A stretch of DNA of 64,000 bases from Eledone cirrhosa (taxonomy: Eukaryota). The DNA lies in assembly GCA_964016885.1 (NCBI GenBank), contig OZ024744.1, positions 123,566,001-123,630,000 on the forward strand. Direction: 5' to 3'. Made by a program: the position numbers and the translations under genes. The notes below the pieces were generated by a model. The model had not been told where the DNA came from and searched no databases. It was given only the letters and a program-made list of their open reading frames with translations. This document shows positions 26,546 to 38,400 of the stretch, piece by piece. Positions within the stretch are counted from its first letter, which is position 1; each line of letters opens with the position of its first letter.

Positions 26546-29500
26546 AGTTGCATTTATCTTGCTTTATGTTCATACGAGTTATCACCAAGTCACAACCAGA
26601 GACCTCAAGAGACAAAAAGGTCCGCCATGTTCAAGAAAGAACATACATACTCACACATGCATCTTTAGGTGTTTAGACTTGTGAAGTACTTATATTGACA
26701 GAATCTTCTTTAGTATATGGGCAGTTCCCATTAGTACTATCTTTTGTATTTCTCCTATAGGCGGGTTTCCTGGGATTTGCGATAAGTAATCATTAGACCC
26801 CTTAGGTATCATTCCCAGAGCGCCTACAACCACTGGTATTGTTTTAGTTCTCAATTTCCACATTTTTCCAATTTCTATCTCCAGGTCCTTATACTTGCTC
26901 AACTTTTCAAATGTTTTTATAGATACATTCTTGTCTATTGGAACGGACATATCAATTAGCAAGCATACCCTCTTTTTGAAGTCCTTCAATATTATATCAG
27001 GTGTATTTGCATCTATTTTTCGGTCTGTTTGGATGCTAAAGTTCCACAAGATTGAGATGTGATCTTTTTCAAGTATGGGAGGTGGTTGATGCTCCCACCA
27101 ATTCTTTTGATGGGGCAGGTCAAAATGCTTACACATTATCCAATGTATGTATTGTGCAGCTCTGTCATGCCTGTTTAGGTATTCGGTTGGAGCTATAGGA
27201 CTGCACATTGAAATTATATGGTCAATGGTCTCTGGTTGTTTTTTGCATACACGGCATAATGGGCTGCACCCATTTTTTATTATGTTGGCTTGGTAATTTT
27301 TTGTTGGCAGACACTGATCTTGTGCTGATATAATCAGTCCTTCAGTCTCCGATTTCAGTCCAGAGGATGCCAACCACTGATGGGTTAAAGTTTTGTCAAC
27401 ATCAGGATTGTTAGTTCGCTCTGGGTATTTTCCATACAGAGGCTTTTCTTGCCATTTCTTAGCCAGTTTCTGTAGCAGTTCTTTCTTTGCAGTTACTTTT
27501 ACCTGCTTTGCTTTTTCTGTGTTTTCCATTTCAGCAGTAAATGGGACTTCTGAAATTTGTAGTCCATTACTGTATCTTTGTGCATCTTTTGTAATGGAAT
27601 ATAATCTTTTGATGCTTTCGTGTTTCAAAACGAGTTTGATCATCCAATCATGTGATTCCCTTAGATATGTAGATAATCCAATTGTTGCAGTTTTCAACGC
27701 AATGTCTAACTGGATTAACCCACGTCCTCCTTCTTTCCTAGGGAGATATATTCTATCTATATCTGCCTTAGGGTGATGCATTCTGGGCATGGTTAAGAAT
27801 TTTCGAATTTTTGTATCGAGCCTACGGATCTCTGTGCTTGACCAGTTGATGACATTGTAACTGTAGGTTACTACTGGTATGGCAAGCGTGTTTATGGCAT
27901 CGATCCTATTCTTTGCATTCAATTCCGTTCTTAAGATTGCTCTTACTCTGCGGTAACATTCCTTCCTTATCCTTTCCCTCATTGTCGAGTGCTTGATTCC
28001 ATCTCCTTCACAAACACCTAGATATTTGTAAGTTTTTTCTTGATCAAGTTCTCTTATCACGTTCCCCCGATCAAGATTAATGTCTGAACTCTTCAGCAGC
28101 TTTCCTCTGGTGAACGTTGCTTTGGCGCATTTATCTAGTCCAAACTCCATTTTAATGTCATCACTGAACTGCTTCACAGTGGATAATAGCCCTTGCAATT
28201 GTTCATCATTTTTTGCAAATAGTTTCAGGTCATCCATGTAGAACAGGTGATTAATGGTTTTGTCATAGACTTTATATCCATGTTTTGTTTCATTGAGCAT
28301 TTTACTTAATGGTATAAGTGCGATGCAGAATAAAAGCGGTGATAAAGAGTCACCCTGAAAAATTCCACAATTAATATTAACTTCTCCAGCTTCCAGTGAT
28401 TTTGTTTCACTATTCAAAAGGAGTGTCGTTTTCCATGTCTTCATACTGAATGACAAAAACCTCCTGACAACGGGGGATATTTTGAAAATCTCTAAACATT
28501 TTTCAATCCAACTGTGTGGCAAACTATCGAATGCTTTTTTATAATCTATCCAAGCAATCGATAGATTTTTGTGTCTATTATGACAATCTTCCAGTATCAT
28601 TTTGTTAACCAGAAGCTGATCCTTACAGCCATATGAGCCTCGTTTACACCCTTTCTGCTCAATGGGAAATAGGTCATTTGTTATCAGGTGGTCATATGTG
28701 TATTCAGTTAGGACTGATGTTAAAATTTTATACATTGTGGTCAAGCAAGTTATCGGTCTGTAGTTTTTGGGATTGTTTGTCTCATCATTCTTCGGAAGCA
28801 GGAATGTAATGCCGTTAACTAGCCATGAAGGTATCTTTTCTGGCTCCTTAACTATTTCATTGTAAAGTTGGGCTAACAGCTCATGAGACTCTGTGAAGTC
28901 ATTTATCCAAAAGTTTTGTATTTTGTCTTTTCCTGGGGATTTCCATTTGCTGGTTTTTCTTAGAGCCAAGCGCAACTGTTCAACTGTTATATTTTCCCAT
29001 GTTTGTTCCTCAAGGTGAGCTGTATCTTTCATTTGTCTGTCTATCCATGGGGCATGTATGTTATGAACTTTTTCTTCGGCCCAGATCTTTTCCCAGAATT
29101 CTTGCACTTCCTCCTTGGGTGGTATTGATTTAGCAGTTATTGTTGACTTACCAATTTTTCTGTAGAAGTTTCTTTGGTTGTTTTTGAACATATTATTGTC
29201 CTTATAGAATCTAGATCGTTTTTCAAAGCGCCTTATACGAGCAGCTTTGGCCGACACTTTTTGCTTGATTGTTTCTATCAGCATGTCTATGTCACATGTT
29301 GATCTTATACTGTACTTTTTTTTCAATTTTCTAAGTTTAGTTTGTTTAACATGTTCACCTACTTTATAGTTTGTTAAAATTTCTATGTCAGATAGGAGAA
29401 GGTTTATTTGGCGATTGATGTTCTCTTGCCAAGTAGATTTCTTGTGGGAATTCCTTTGTTTTTTCATCTTCACTCCACATAAGTGAGTGGTGACTTTAGC

Positions 29501-29962
29501 CGATGCATAATAGAGATGATTTAAGTCAGTAATGTTTAGTTTGTTTGTGATGATAATGTTTTTGAGAATTATATTAGTCTTGTGTATTATCTTTTGGTTC
29601 TGTTTGGAGTTCTGGATCTTAGGGAGGGTGTCTCGTTGCCCCATGTCAGATTCTTTCATTTTCATCCATTCGATCATAATTTCATCCTTCAAGTTGGCAA
29701 GTTCATTCTCATTCATTTCTTTATCATTTACGATCTCATTATTTTCATTTAGAGTTTCATCCTGAGCATGCACTCCCTCCACTTTTTCGCTCCTTTCTTT
29801 AATTTGTTCTGTTGCCAGTGATTCCGCCCCAACCCTGGGATTCGAAGTGTTACAGTTTACCTCGTTTTCACTGACACATGCTTCATTTTCCCTTCGCTGA
29901 CTTTGTGCTACTAGCTTGATCTGATCAATTTCTATATCAGTTAGTAACTTTTTTCTTACAAT
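26544..29962 (-). mobile_element. R4/Dong-like RLE LINE family A with uninterrupted RT-CCHC-RLE ORF, slightly 5'-truncated, in (ATT)n
   Basis: Open frame from ~29962 to stop at 26690: KSPGKD, YRPITCL, WIDYKKAFDS, GIFQGDSLSP, FYMDDLK, CRVC..H..C, RHD, PD..D..K; (ATT)n on both flanks. Confidence 0.95.
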
Positions 29963-30010
29963 ATTATTATTATTATTATTATTATTATATCTGTTATTTT
30001 GGTGATTTAG

Positions 30011-30137
30011 ATGTGTGATAGCTGAACTGTTTACAGAAGGAACTGTGCCCTTTGATCTTTCACAACTGTTGGCATATCGGAATGGTGAATACAGCCCATG
30101 GAAAGTCTTGGAGAAAATTGAAGATTCAAGTATTCGG
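30011..30137 (+). CDS. PIK3R4: PIK3R4/VPS15 exon
   Basis: (G)[42 protein letters not shown]; tttag/GTAAAC; phase matches previous exon across 14.8 kb intron. Confidence 0.96.
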
Positions 30138-30360
30138 GTAAACAGAATCCTCTTTTCAATTCTGTATAAGTTACTTCTCAATTTTACATACAGCAATGTA
30201 CCATATATATTAAACTGAGGTTTTGTAGTCCAGTAAATAAGTTGCTGTGTTTACATGTCATATTTTCATGGTAAAGTGTTTGATTTATAAACAAGTAAAT
30301 ATATAAAGCTATGTGCTAAGCAGCTTAAATGTATGATGAATCTATATATATATATATATA

Positions 30361-30675
30361 TCACAGCAAAAAAGAGAATCAGTGTTGCGAGGAATGGAAT
30401 TTATTGGACATATTACAATCGTTTCTCTGGCGACCAGCTCGAGAAACGATCGATGTGATGATCGAATCAGACTCTGAAAATTGCAAGGTCCTCAGATACG
30501 TCTTGATTCCGAAGCAGATTTTCCTAGAATCAAGACGTATCTGAGGACCATCCTATTTTCAGAGTCAGGTTCGATCATCACATCGATCGTGCCTCGAGCT
30601 GGTTGCCAGAGAAACGATTGTAATATCTCCAATAAATTCCATTCGTCGCAACACTGATTCTCTTTTTTGCTGTGA
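30361..30675. mobile_element. Fold-back/palindromic MITE-like element in (TA)n
   Basis: ~149-bp inverted arms (tcacagcaaaaaagagaatcagtg.. / ..cactgattctcttttttgctgtga) with a 17-nt loop. Confidence 0.85.
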
Positions 30676-31208
30676 TATCATACTCTGCTCTATGAGAGTA
30701 TCGAGTGCTCATACGGCCTACCACATACGGACGCTTTAAGCATCCAACACCAATTATATATATTGAGATCTTTGGCGCTATGCAGTAATACAGAAAACCC
30801 GCCTTGCCTAAGTACAAAGCGAAACCTACAGTCAGTAGGCACCTCTTAATCAAATATACCCCCCTCGCACTACCCGACTGCCCCCCCCCCCCCATCAACA
30901 CCACCCCTTTCTCTGTAAAGTTATGTTGGTACCACAACATCCAGTCCTAAATAAATGAGGTCGTGTAGGTGTCATGACAAAAAATAGTCCACGCTGTAAT
31001 GTCGTGGTGTAGGTAACACTGTAAAAAACCTCCCAGTCCACACTGTAAACGTGGTTGGTGTTAGGAAGGGTATCCAGCCGTAGAAAACCTGCCAGATAGT
31101 CTTATACAAGTAAGACAACCAATCTTGCCTCATGTGGGACAATTCCCGTCTAAACCCATGCTAGTGTGGAAGATAGACGTTAAACGATGATGATGATGAT
31201 GATGATGA

Positions 31209-31778
31209 TCTACAACAGAGAAGGTCTGTCTGTCTGCCTGACTCCCTAAAACTCTAGAACCACCCAACCGATTGTTTTCAAACTTTACACATGTAATACT
31301 TATGGTCCTGTGAGTGTTTTGAGCAAAAAATATTTCAAATTTTCAATGCCCTAGGGACCGCATTAGGCGATTTAGCGATCTCTCTCTATAATTCTTAGTC
31401 TTTCTCTTTAGATAAATACATACAAATAACGTTGCGGCCTTATAATATCTGCATTATGACATTATGACGCTATGTGTGTTTATATGTATATATAGTGTGT
31501 AACGTTTTTCGAAATATTTACTTCAGCGTTCAGATATATTTTTTTAGTTTCAGAAGATCCCATTAAGGGTGAAAGCAGCGATTCTTTGCTTAAACTTTAA
31601 TCTGTTATTTTAATATATATATATATAATTATATATTCGTGTACAGATATTTTTGCATACACTACAACAAAATATAAACAAACATATTTATTTCACAAGG
31701 CTCGATAAGGATAAATAGATATCAAATATATAAGAACCCTAGAGCAAATCCCAAGCAACGCCGGGCCATTCTGATAGT
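31209..31778 (+). mobile_element. Non-autonomous Helitron-like element
   Basis: TC start, (ctgt)n, 3' hairpin-like cccaagcaacgccggg followed by ..atagt. Confidence 0.6.
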
Positions 31779-31779
31779 A

Positions 31780-32990
31780 TCTATACTATAAAGCTGACGG
31801 CCGTATGTAGGTAACAAACTTTCCGCCAAACGGCTGGACCAAACGGCACCAAATTTGCACCATAGATGTAACTTTTTCCAAGTAAGAAATTGAGGGTATT
31901 TTTGTCTACTGAATTTTGTTAAAAGATTCAAGATATTTTATCGTTTATTTAAATATTCACTTCTTTCAATTTTTCAAATGTCAACACTTCCGGTTATACG
32001 ACATTCCTAACATCTTCCTGCTTTCTTTCGGTTGCAACGTTTTTCAAAATATTTACTTCTGCGTTAACAGGTTGATTTTTTTATAGTTTCAGAAGATCCC
32101 GTTAAGGGTGAAAGCAGCGATTCTTTGCTTAAACTTTAGTCTGTTATTTTAATATATATATCATTTCATCATCATTTCATTTTACGTCCACATTTCCCTG
32201 CTTGCAAGGGTGGGACGGGAACTGATTCTGGCTTGATTTCTACAGCTGGATGCCCTTCCTAACACCAACCTCATTTACAGTGAGTGCTGGGTGCTTGTTT
32301 GCTGTGGCACCTCCACGACCACTTTACAGTGGAATGATAGCGATCCCAGTCCCTATAATCTCATTTCTACAGCTGAGTAAACTGGAGCAACATGAAATAA
32401 AGTGTCTTGCTCAAGGAAACAACGCATCACCCGGTCTGAGAATTGAACTCACAACCTTTTGATTGCAAGGCCAATGCTCTAACCACTAAGCCATGTGCCT
32501 CCATATATAATTATAATTATATATTCGTGTACAGATATTTTTGCATACACAAAAACAAAATATAAAGAAACGTATTTATTTCACGAAAGCACAGATGGCT
32601 TATCGTCATTGTTACTGCCGATATGGCACCCAAAAAGTCCTAGCCTGGCCGCAAGATCAGATTTTCCAGAAGAAAAAATGTTGCTAGAGCAAGAGAGAGA
32701 CTAAGCTTCATCAACAAAGCTCAGGGTCAAACCCTAAAAGTGGTTGGCCTTCATCTGGGAAAACCATGGTCAATTGTATGTAGGATGCTTTAGGGTGAGC
32801 TCGCCAAACAATCTCTTCATCTTTGCTCCCGAGGGCCGAACAAAACATATTGTATACTCCGAGGCTCTAACAATGTAATTTATGTATTTTCTGTTACTTG
32901 GAATTCTATGGTTGTACAAATTATTGTAAAATTTGTTAAAAAATGTGTTCTCTGTTCAGCCTTTATTGTTGTAACTATCAATTTTTTTTA
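31780..32990 (+). mobile_element. Internally deleted Helitron with helicase C-terminus
   Basis: TCTATACTATAAAG start; 32710-32878 translates INKAQGQTLKVVGLHL..HGQLYVGCFRV..N..IFAPEGRTKHIVY.EAL (PIF1-like motifs V/VI). Confidence 0.8.
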
Positions 32991-33247
32991 ACGTACTGGC
33001 TGCTGAACTGGGGAATCCTAAAAACTATTCAAACCCAACATCAGAGCACGTTAACCCCCCCATCACTGGAGCAAGGTGTGACATGGCTGACCATGGCCAG
33101 ACTTACCTCCCGGCATGGATGACCTGTCAAGCGTGCAAGAATTGACACTAAATGGAAAGGATGATGATGATATATATATATATATTTATGAAGTTAGCAG
33201 GGAAACAGACATTAAACAGATATATAATGTGTAATGTTTTTTTTTAG

Positions 33248-33420
33248 GAACTGGTGCGTCATATGATGCAGAAAGAACCAACCCATCGTCTTTCAGCTGA
33301 AGAATATCTCATCCAACAGCGGGGCAAAGCTTTTCCTAACTATTTCTATACTTATCTCAAACTTTACATCCAACGTTTTGCAGTAGCACCAATTCTCTCT
33401 CCAGATGAACGGATTGTAAA
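33248..33420 (+). CDS. PIK3R4: PIK3R4/VPS15 exon
   Basis: ELVRHMMQKEPTHRLSAEEYLIQQRGKAFPNYFYTYLKLYIQRFAVAPILSPDERIV(K); poly-T AG acceptor, GTAAGT donor. Confidence 0.95.
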
Positions 33421-33689
33421 GTAAGTTCTAACTCAGATTCATCTCTTTCCCTTCTCTCAAACAAAGATATGGCTCTCTTTTATTCTCATTCAAGAAAAAA
33501 TGGGCACTTATTTGTTTAACTGTGTTTTTTTTTCTTTTTAACCATATTTTTATTTACATATTTTCTGTATTTCAATCAATTAATTAATTTGGAGGGATTT
33601 ACTAAAATCAATTAATTAATTTGGAAGGATTTACTAAAATTATTAATTATTTCATTACTAAGTGTTAGTGCAACAATAAAACACATTTG

Positions 33690-34305
33690 GTCCACTCTGT
33701 AATGTGGTTAGGAAGGACATATAGCTGTAGAAACCATACGCCCGGTACACTCTGTAATGTGGTTGGTGTTAGGAAGGACATCCAGCTATAGAAACCATAC
33801 GCCCAGTACACTCTGTAAAGTGGTTGGTGTTAGGAAGGGTACCCAGCTATAGAGACCATACGCCCAGTACACTCTGTAAAGTGGTTGGTGTTAGGAAGGG
33901 TACCCAGCTATAGAGACCATACGCCCAGTACACTCTGTAATGTGGTTAGGAAGTGGTGTTAGGAAGGACACCCAGCTATAGAGACCATATGCCCAGTACA
34001 CTCTGTAAAGTGGTTGGTGTTAGGAAGGGTACCCAGCTATAGAGACCATACGCCCAGTACACTCTGTAATGTGGTTAGGAAGTGGTGTTAGGAAGGACAC
34101 CCAGCTATAGAGACCATATGCCCAGTACACTGTAAAGTGGTTGGTGTTAGGAAGGGTACCCAGCTATAGAGACCATACGCCCAGTACACTCTGTAATGTG
34201 GTTAGGAAGTGGTGTTAGGAAGGACACCCAGCTATAGAGACCATATGCCCAGTACACTCTGTAAAGTGGTTGGTGTTAGGAAGGGTACCCAGCTGTAGAA
34301 ACCTA
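33690..34305. repeat. 61/68-bp tandem repeat derived from retroelement 3' UTR
   Basis: gcccagtacactctgtaaagtggttggtgttaggaagggtacccagctatagagaccatac; core matches 36565-36612. Confidence 0.88.
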
Positions 34306-34514
34306 ACCAAATGTGAAGCGTAAGAACAAGATGTAATCACCTGACTAGTCTAGCCTCAGAATTTGATGATCTATCCAACCCATGCCAGCATCAAAATTGT
34401 TCAAGTACTGGGGTCAAAACTTCCTCTCTGCTGTACTGAGGCCTAGGGTTGATTTGATAGACTTTCCCTTCCCCAGACTTTATGCCTAAACCAGAAACAT
34501 TATTATTATTGTTA

Positions 34515-34800
34515 AGGCGGTGAATTGGCAGTATCGGTAGAGGGTCGGACATGCTTTCCAGCATAGTTACGTCCCTTTACGATCTGAGTTCAAATCCCAT
34601 CGAGGTTAACTTTGCCTTTCATCCTTACGGGGTCGATAAAATAAAGTACCAGTAATGTACTGGGATAATTGCTGGCCTTGTGCCAAAAGTAGAAACAATT
34701 ATTATTATTATGAATTGGCAGTATTGTTAGAGTGTAGGACATCATTCTTTGCAGTATAGAGTTATGGCCCTTTACGTTCTGAGTTCAAATCCCTTTGAGT
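34515..34800 (+). mobile_element. tRNA-derived SINE plus partial second copy
   Basis: A/B boxes and shared core/tail. Confidence 0.85.
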
Positions 34801-34809
34801 TTAAAATTT

Positions 34810-35716
34810 CATTCAATTCAATATATTTGGCAGATAATAAAACATAGATGCTTCAGATGCCATGTAAGGAGGGGAGAGGGGCAAAATTTACACAGTCGGA
34901 AACACAGTGATCCAACACAGGTCCAATTTCGCCTTGAATTGTTGCGTGGTTGACACGTTGGCTTCTTCTTCTGGAAGCCGATTCCAGAGTCCAGAGATGC
35001 GGATCGAGAAAGCAGCTTTCCATCTATTCAGGCGAAAGCGGCGGTGAAACAGCTTTTTGTCATGTCCATGTAGACCCCTTTCAAGTGCCGAAGTGAATAG
35101 GAGATCTTGAGGGAGATCGTAATGGCCATTGAAGAGATTGTAAGCCAAAATGAGATTGCCTCGTAGCCGTCGACGCTCCAAGGAGAAGAGGTTCAGCTTC
35201 TGCAGCCGGCTTTCGTAGGGCAGCTCATGAAGACCCTGTACCATTCGAGTCATTGAACTCTCCAAGTGATGGATATCCCGGATGAGATATGGGTTTGATG
35301 CTTGGATGCCATATTCTAGGTGCGGTCTCACGAGGGCGACATAGAGAGGCCTGAAAATTTCTGGAGTGGGTTTGGCAAAGGAGCATCGAATAAGAAATAG
35401 AGAGCTCCTTGCCTTGTTTGCGGCTTGAATGGAATGTTTTGATGGTTTGAAGGATGAGTTGACCAACAGACCAAGATCTTTAGTCTCCTCAACCTCCTTC
35501 AAAGGAGCAGTGCCACCGTTGAAGGTAAGAGCTGAGTTATAAGGTGTACCCACTGCCATATGGCAACACTTATCAACATTGAGGTATAAATCCCAGTCAA
35601 TGGATCAACTCCAGGTGCACTGGAGGCTGGACTTGAGATTGTCGATCTAGCTCCTACGAGCTACCATTTTCACATCATCTGCAAATAAGAGCACGTTTCC
35701 ACCAATCACGTCCGGC
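34810..35716 (-). mobile_element. CR1-clade LINE 3' fragment
   Basis: LLFADDVK, KDLGLLV, LYVALVRPHLEY, LFSLERRRLRG.LI, WNRLP. Confidence 0.88.
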
Positions 35717-35841
35717 ATTCTTTCAGGGTTGATAAAATAAAGTACCAGTAATGTACTGGAGTCAATTTAATCGACTTTCCTCTCCCCCAAAATTGTTGGA
35801 TTTGTGCCTAAATCAAAAACCATTATTATTATTATTTTCAG

Positions 35842-35962
35842 AATAAAGAAAGAACTTCCAATGATATTTGGCCAATTAAATGTGTTGAAGTCGACACCTG
35901 AAGAAAATACTGGTTTGGTTTTGATCATCAGTCTGATTGGTTCCAGTCTTCGGAGTCTACAG
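35842..35962 (+). CDS. PIK3R4: PIK3R4/VPS15 exon
   Basis: IKKELPMIFGQLNVLKSTPEENTGLVLIISLIGSSLRSLQ; similar to human IRKDL...ENGLVILVSVITSCLQTLK; tttcag/GTAGGA. Confidence 0.92.
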
Positions 35963-36194
35963 GTAGGAACTGGTATCAATATATCCACAACTGCTGTCAC
36001 CATAGAAACAGTGGTAAACTTGTGTGTGTGTTATGTCCAAATGTTAGTGGCTCCTGGGTGGGTGGGGGTGAAGGTTGAGAGGTAGGGGTCTGAAGTCAGT
36101 TCATTTACAGGATAACTCATCTAACTCATGCCAGCATGGGAAAATGGATGTTATATGGGGATGATGATGATGATATAATCAAAGCATAAACAAA

Positions 36195-36712
36195 TTGAGA
36201 GAGAGACTAAGCATAAGAGGAATCAAGTGCTGTGTGCAGGAGAGGCGGTTGCGTTGGTATGGACATGTGATGCGTATGAAGGATGACAGCTGCATAAAAA
36301 GGTGCAGAGCACTGGAAGTCGATGGAAACCGCGGAGTGGGGAGACCCAAGATGACCTGGGATGAGGTGATAAAAGCCGACCTTACCCAATTACACCTCTC
36401 AAAGGCAATGACACAGGACTGTGACCTCTGGCGTCACACAGTAATACAGAAGACCCGACCCCTCCATGGGTACAAGCCGAAGCTGAAGCATATAGACAAT
36501 ATTCCCCCACCCCTCCCACTGCAAAGTGGTTGTGGAGGTCTCACGGCAAAAAAGCACCCAGCACTCACTGTAAATGAGGTTGGTGTTAGGAAGGGCATCC
36601 AGCTGTAGAAATCAAGCAAGACAAGGTCAGCCGACCGGACACTGCCACAACAGGACAACCCGTCTAACTCATGCTAACGTGGAAGAATGGACGTAAAACG
36701 GTGATGATGATG
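36195..36712 (+). mobile_element. RTE LINE 3' end with long 3' UTR and (GAT)n tail
   Basis: [34 protein letters not shown]. Confidence 0.9.
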
Positions 36713-36780
36713 AATAATGTAACAAACAAAACACAGGAGGTAATTTTACACAGGTTCACGCTTGGAGGAAGTGGAAGAGT

Positions 36781-36816
36781 TTTCTATGTTTCGGACAGAA
36801 GTCCTTCTTCAGGAAA
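36781..36816 (-). ncRNA. Minimal type I hammerhead ribozyme motif (Penelope-like)
   Basis: Minus strand TTTC-CTGAAGA-A-GGAC-TTCT-GTCC-GAAAC-AT-A-GAAA: conserved cores, stem II and stem I pairing. Confidence 0.6.
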
Positions 36817-37684
36817 GTTCAGATAAGAAGAGAACAGATAGACATAAGAGTAGTGTGAGAAGGTTAGAGTGATAGGTGGGTGAGCTCACAAAAACCAGAT
36901 GGTATAGGACAGAACAAAAGAGAGACATAAAATAAATTAGGCACTGAAGAGGTCACAGAATGTGTGACAAAAGAGCTTTGACAACAAATAAACAACCATC
37001 CAGTTATTAAACCAACCAACTGGAAATCTATATGTAATATAAAAGAGAGATGTTTATTGGTTGGTTGGATCACACGAAAACTACATACACATACACACAC
37101 ACAGAAATACATACACACACATCTAAAGAGAGAGAGACTGAGAGGGAGCGGCAAAAAGAGAGAGATAGGCTGTTATACAGAGAGAGATACAATTAAAGTG
37201 TTAGATATTCAGATAGAGTAACGTCCCACAAAAGTTTAGAAATGGCTTAAACTATAGACCCTTTGATCTATAGGAAAGTTTAACAATATTACGTTAGTTT
37301 TTATAAAGTCTTTGATTTTACAGAACAAAGAAAAACTGATACTATTTGAAATTAATCTACCCTCCAGCTTTTATCCAGATACTACTTACAGTCCATACTA
37401 ACGAAGCAACACTTCAGAAGCAATGTTATGTGGTATATTGCTGTGTTTCAGATGAGGTCCTTTGGAACTGAAAAAGATCATACTGACTGCGGTTATTTCA
37501 CATTTTAAATCCAAAGCCAATGCTACCATTTAATCAGCAGTTTACTCCCCCAGACTAATAAGGAAGTTTTATGATTGTTTTTATATCTCTCTCATACACA
37601 CACCCACACATTACGGTCTCACCTCATACCAGACAACACACCCACTACAGTCGTTTTCTCTTTTATCCATCTCTTAACTATTCT

Positions 37685-37712
37685 CCCAGGCGAAGCTGGG
37701 TACCTCAGCTAG
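37685..37712 (+). mobile_element. Helitron 3' terminus (hairpin + CTAG)
   Basis: CCCAG-gcgaag-CTGGG tacctcag CTAG t. Confidence 0.6.
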
Positions 37713-37869
37713 TATATAATAAATTGAAGTGAAAACCAACAGGTGTGTGTGTGTTTATTGGCAGCATGGCCCTCCCAAAGTATAACAATATATATAATTA
37801 CATAATCTCATCAGGCTACCACTTAGTTTTCATCTACTAAATGTATATATATACCATCATCATAATTAT

Positions 37870-38400
37870 AACTGGACATGTTGCGTATGAAGGATGACAG
37901 CTGCATAAAAAGGTGCAGATCACTAGAAGTCGATGGAAACTACAGAGTGGGGAGACCCAAGAAGACCTGAGATGAGATGATAAAAGCCGACCTTACCCAA
38001 TTACACCTCTCAAAGGCGATGACACAGGACTGTGACCTCTGGCGTTACGCAGTAATACAGAAGACCTGAACCCCCACGGGTACAAGCCGAAGCTGAAGCA
38101 TATAGACAATATGCCCCCACCCCTCCCACTGCAAAGTGGTCGTGGAGGTGCCACGGCAAAAAAGCACCCAGCCCACACTGTAAAGTGGATGTGTAGGCCC
38201 CACGGAAAAAAGCACTCAGCACTCACTGTAAATGAGGTTGGTGTTAGGAAAGACATCCAGCTGTAGAAATCAAGCCAGAATCAGTTCCCGTATGAGCAAG
38301 ACAAGGTCAGCCGACCGGACACTGCCCACAACAGGACAACCCGTCTAACCCATGCTAGCGTGGAAGAACGGATGTAAAACGGTGATGATGATGATGATGA
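37870..38400 (+). mobile_element. RTE LINE 3' end (same family as 36195-36712)
   Basis: High identity to that copy; (GAT)n tail; small internal duplication in the 3' UTR. Confidence 0.88.

Noticed and set aside
29963-30196. N-terminal extension of the 1168-aa LINE ORF as a real domain
   Set aside because: It is (AAT)n plus antisense host exon/intron with a TTG start; not LINE sequence
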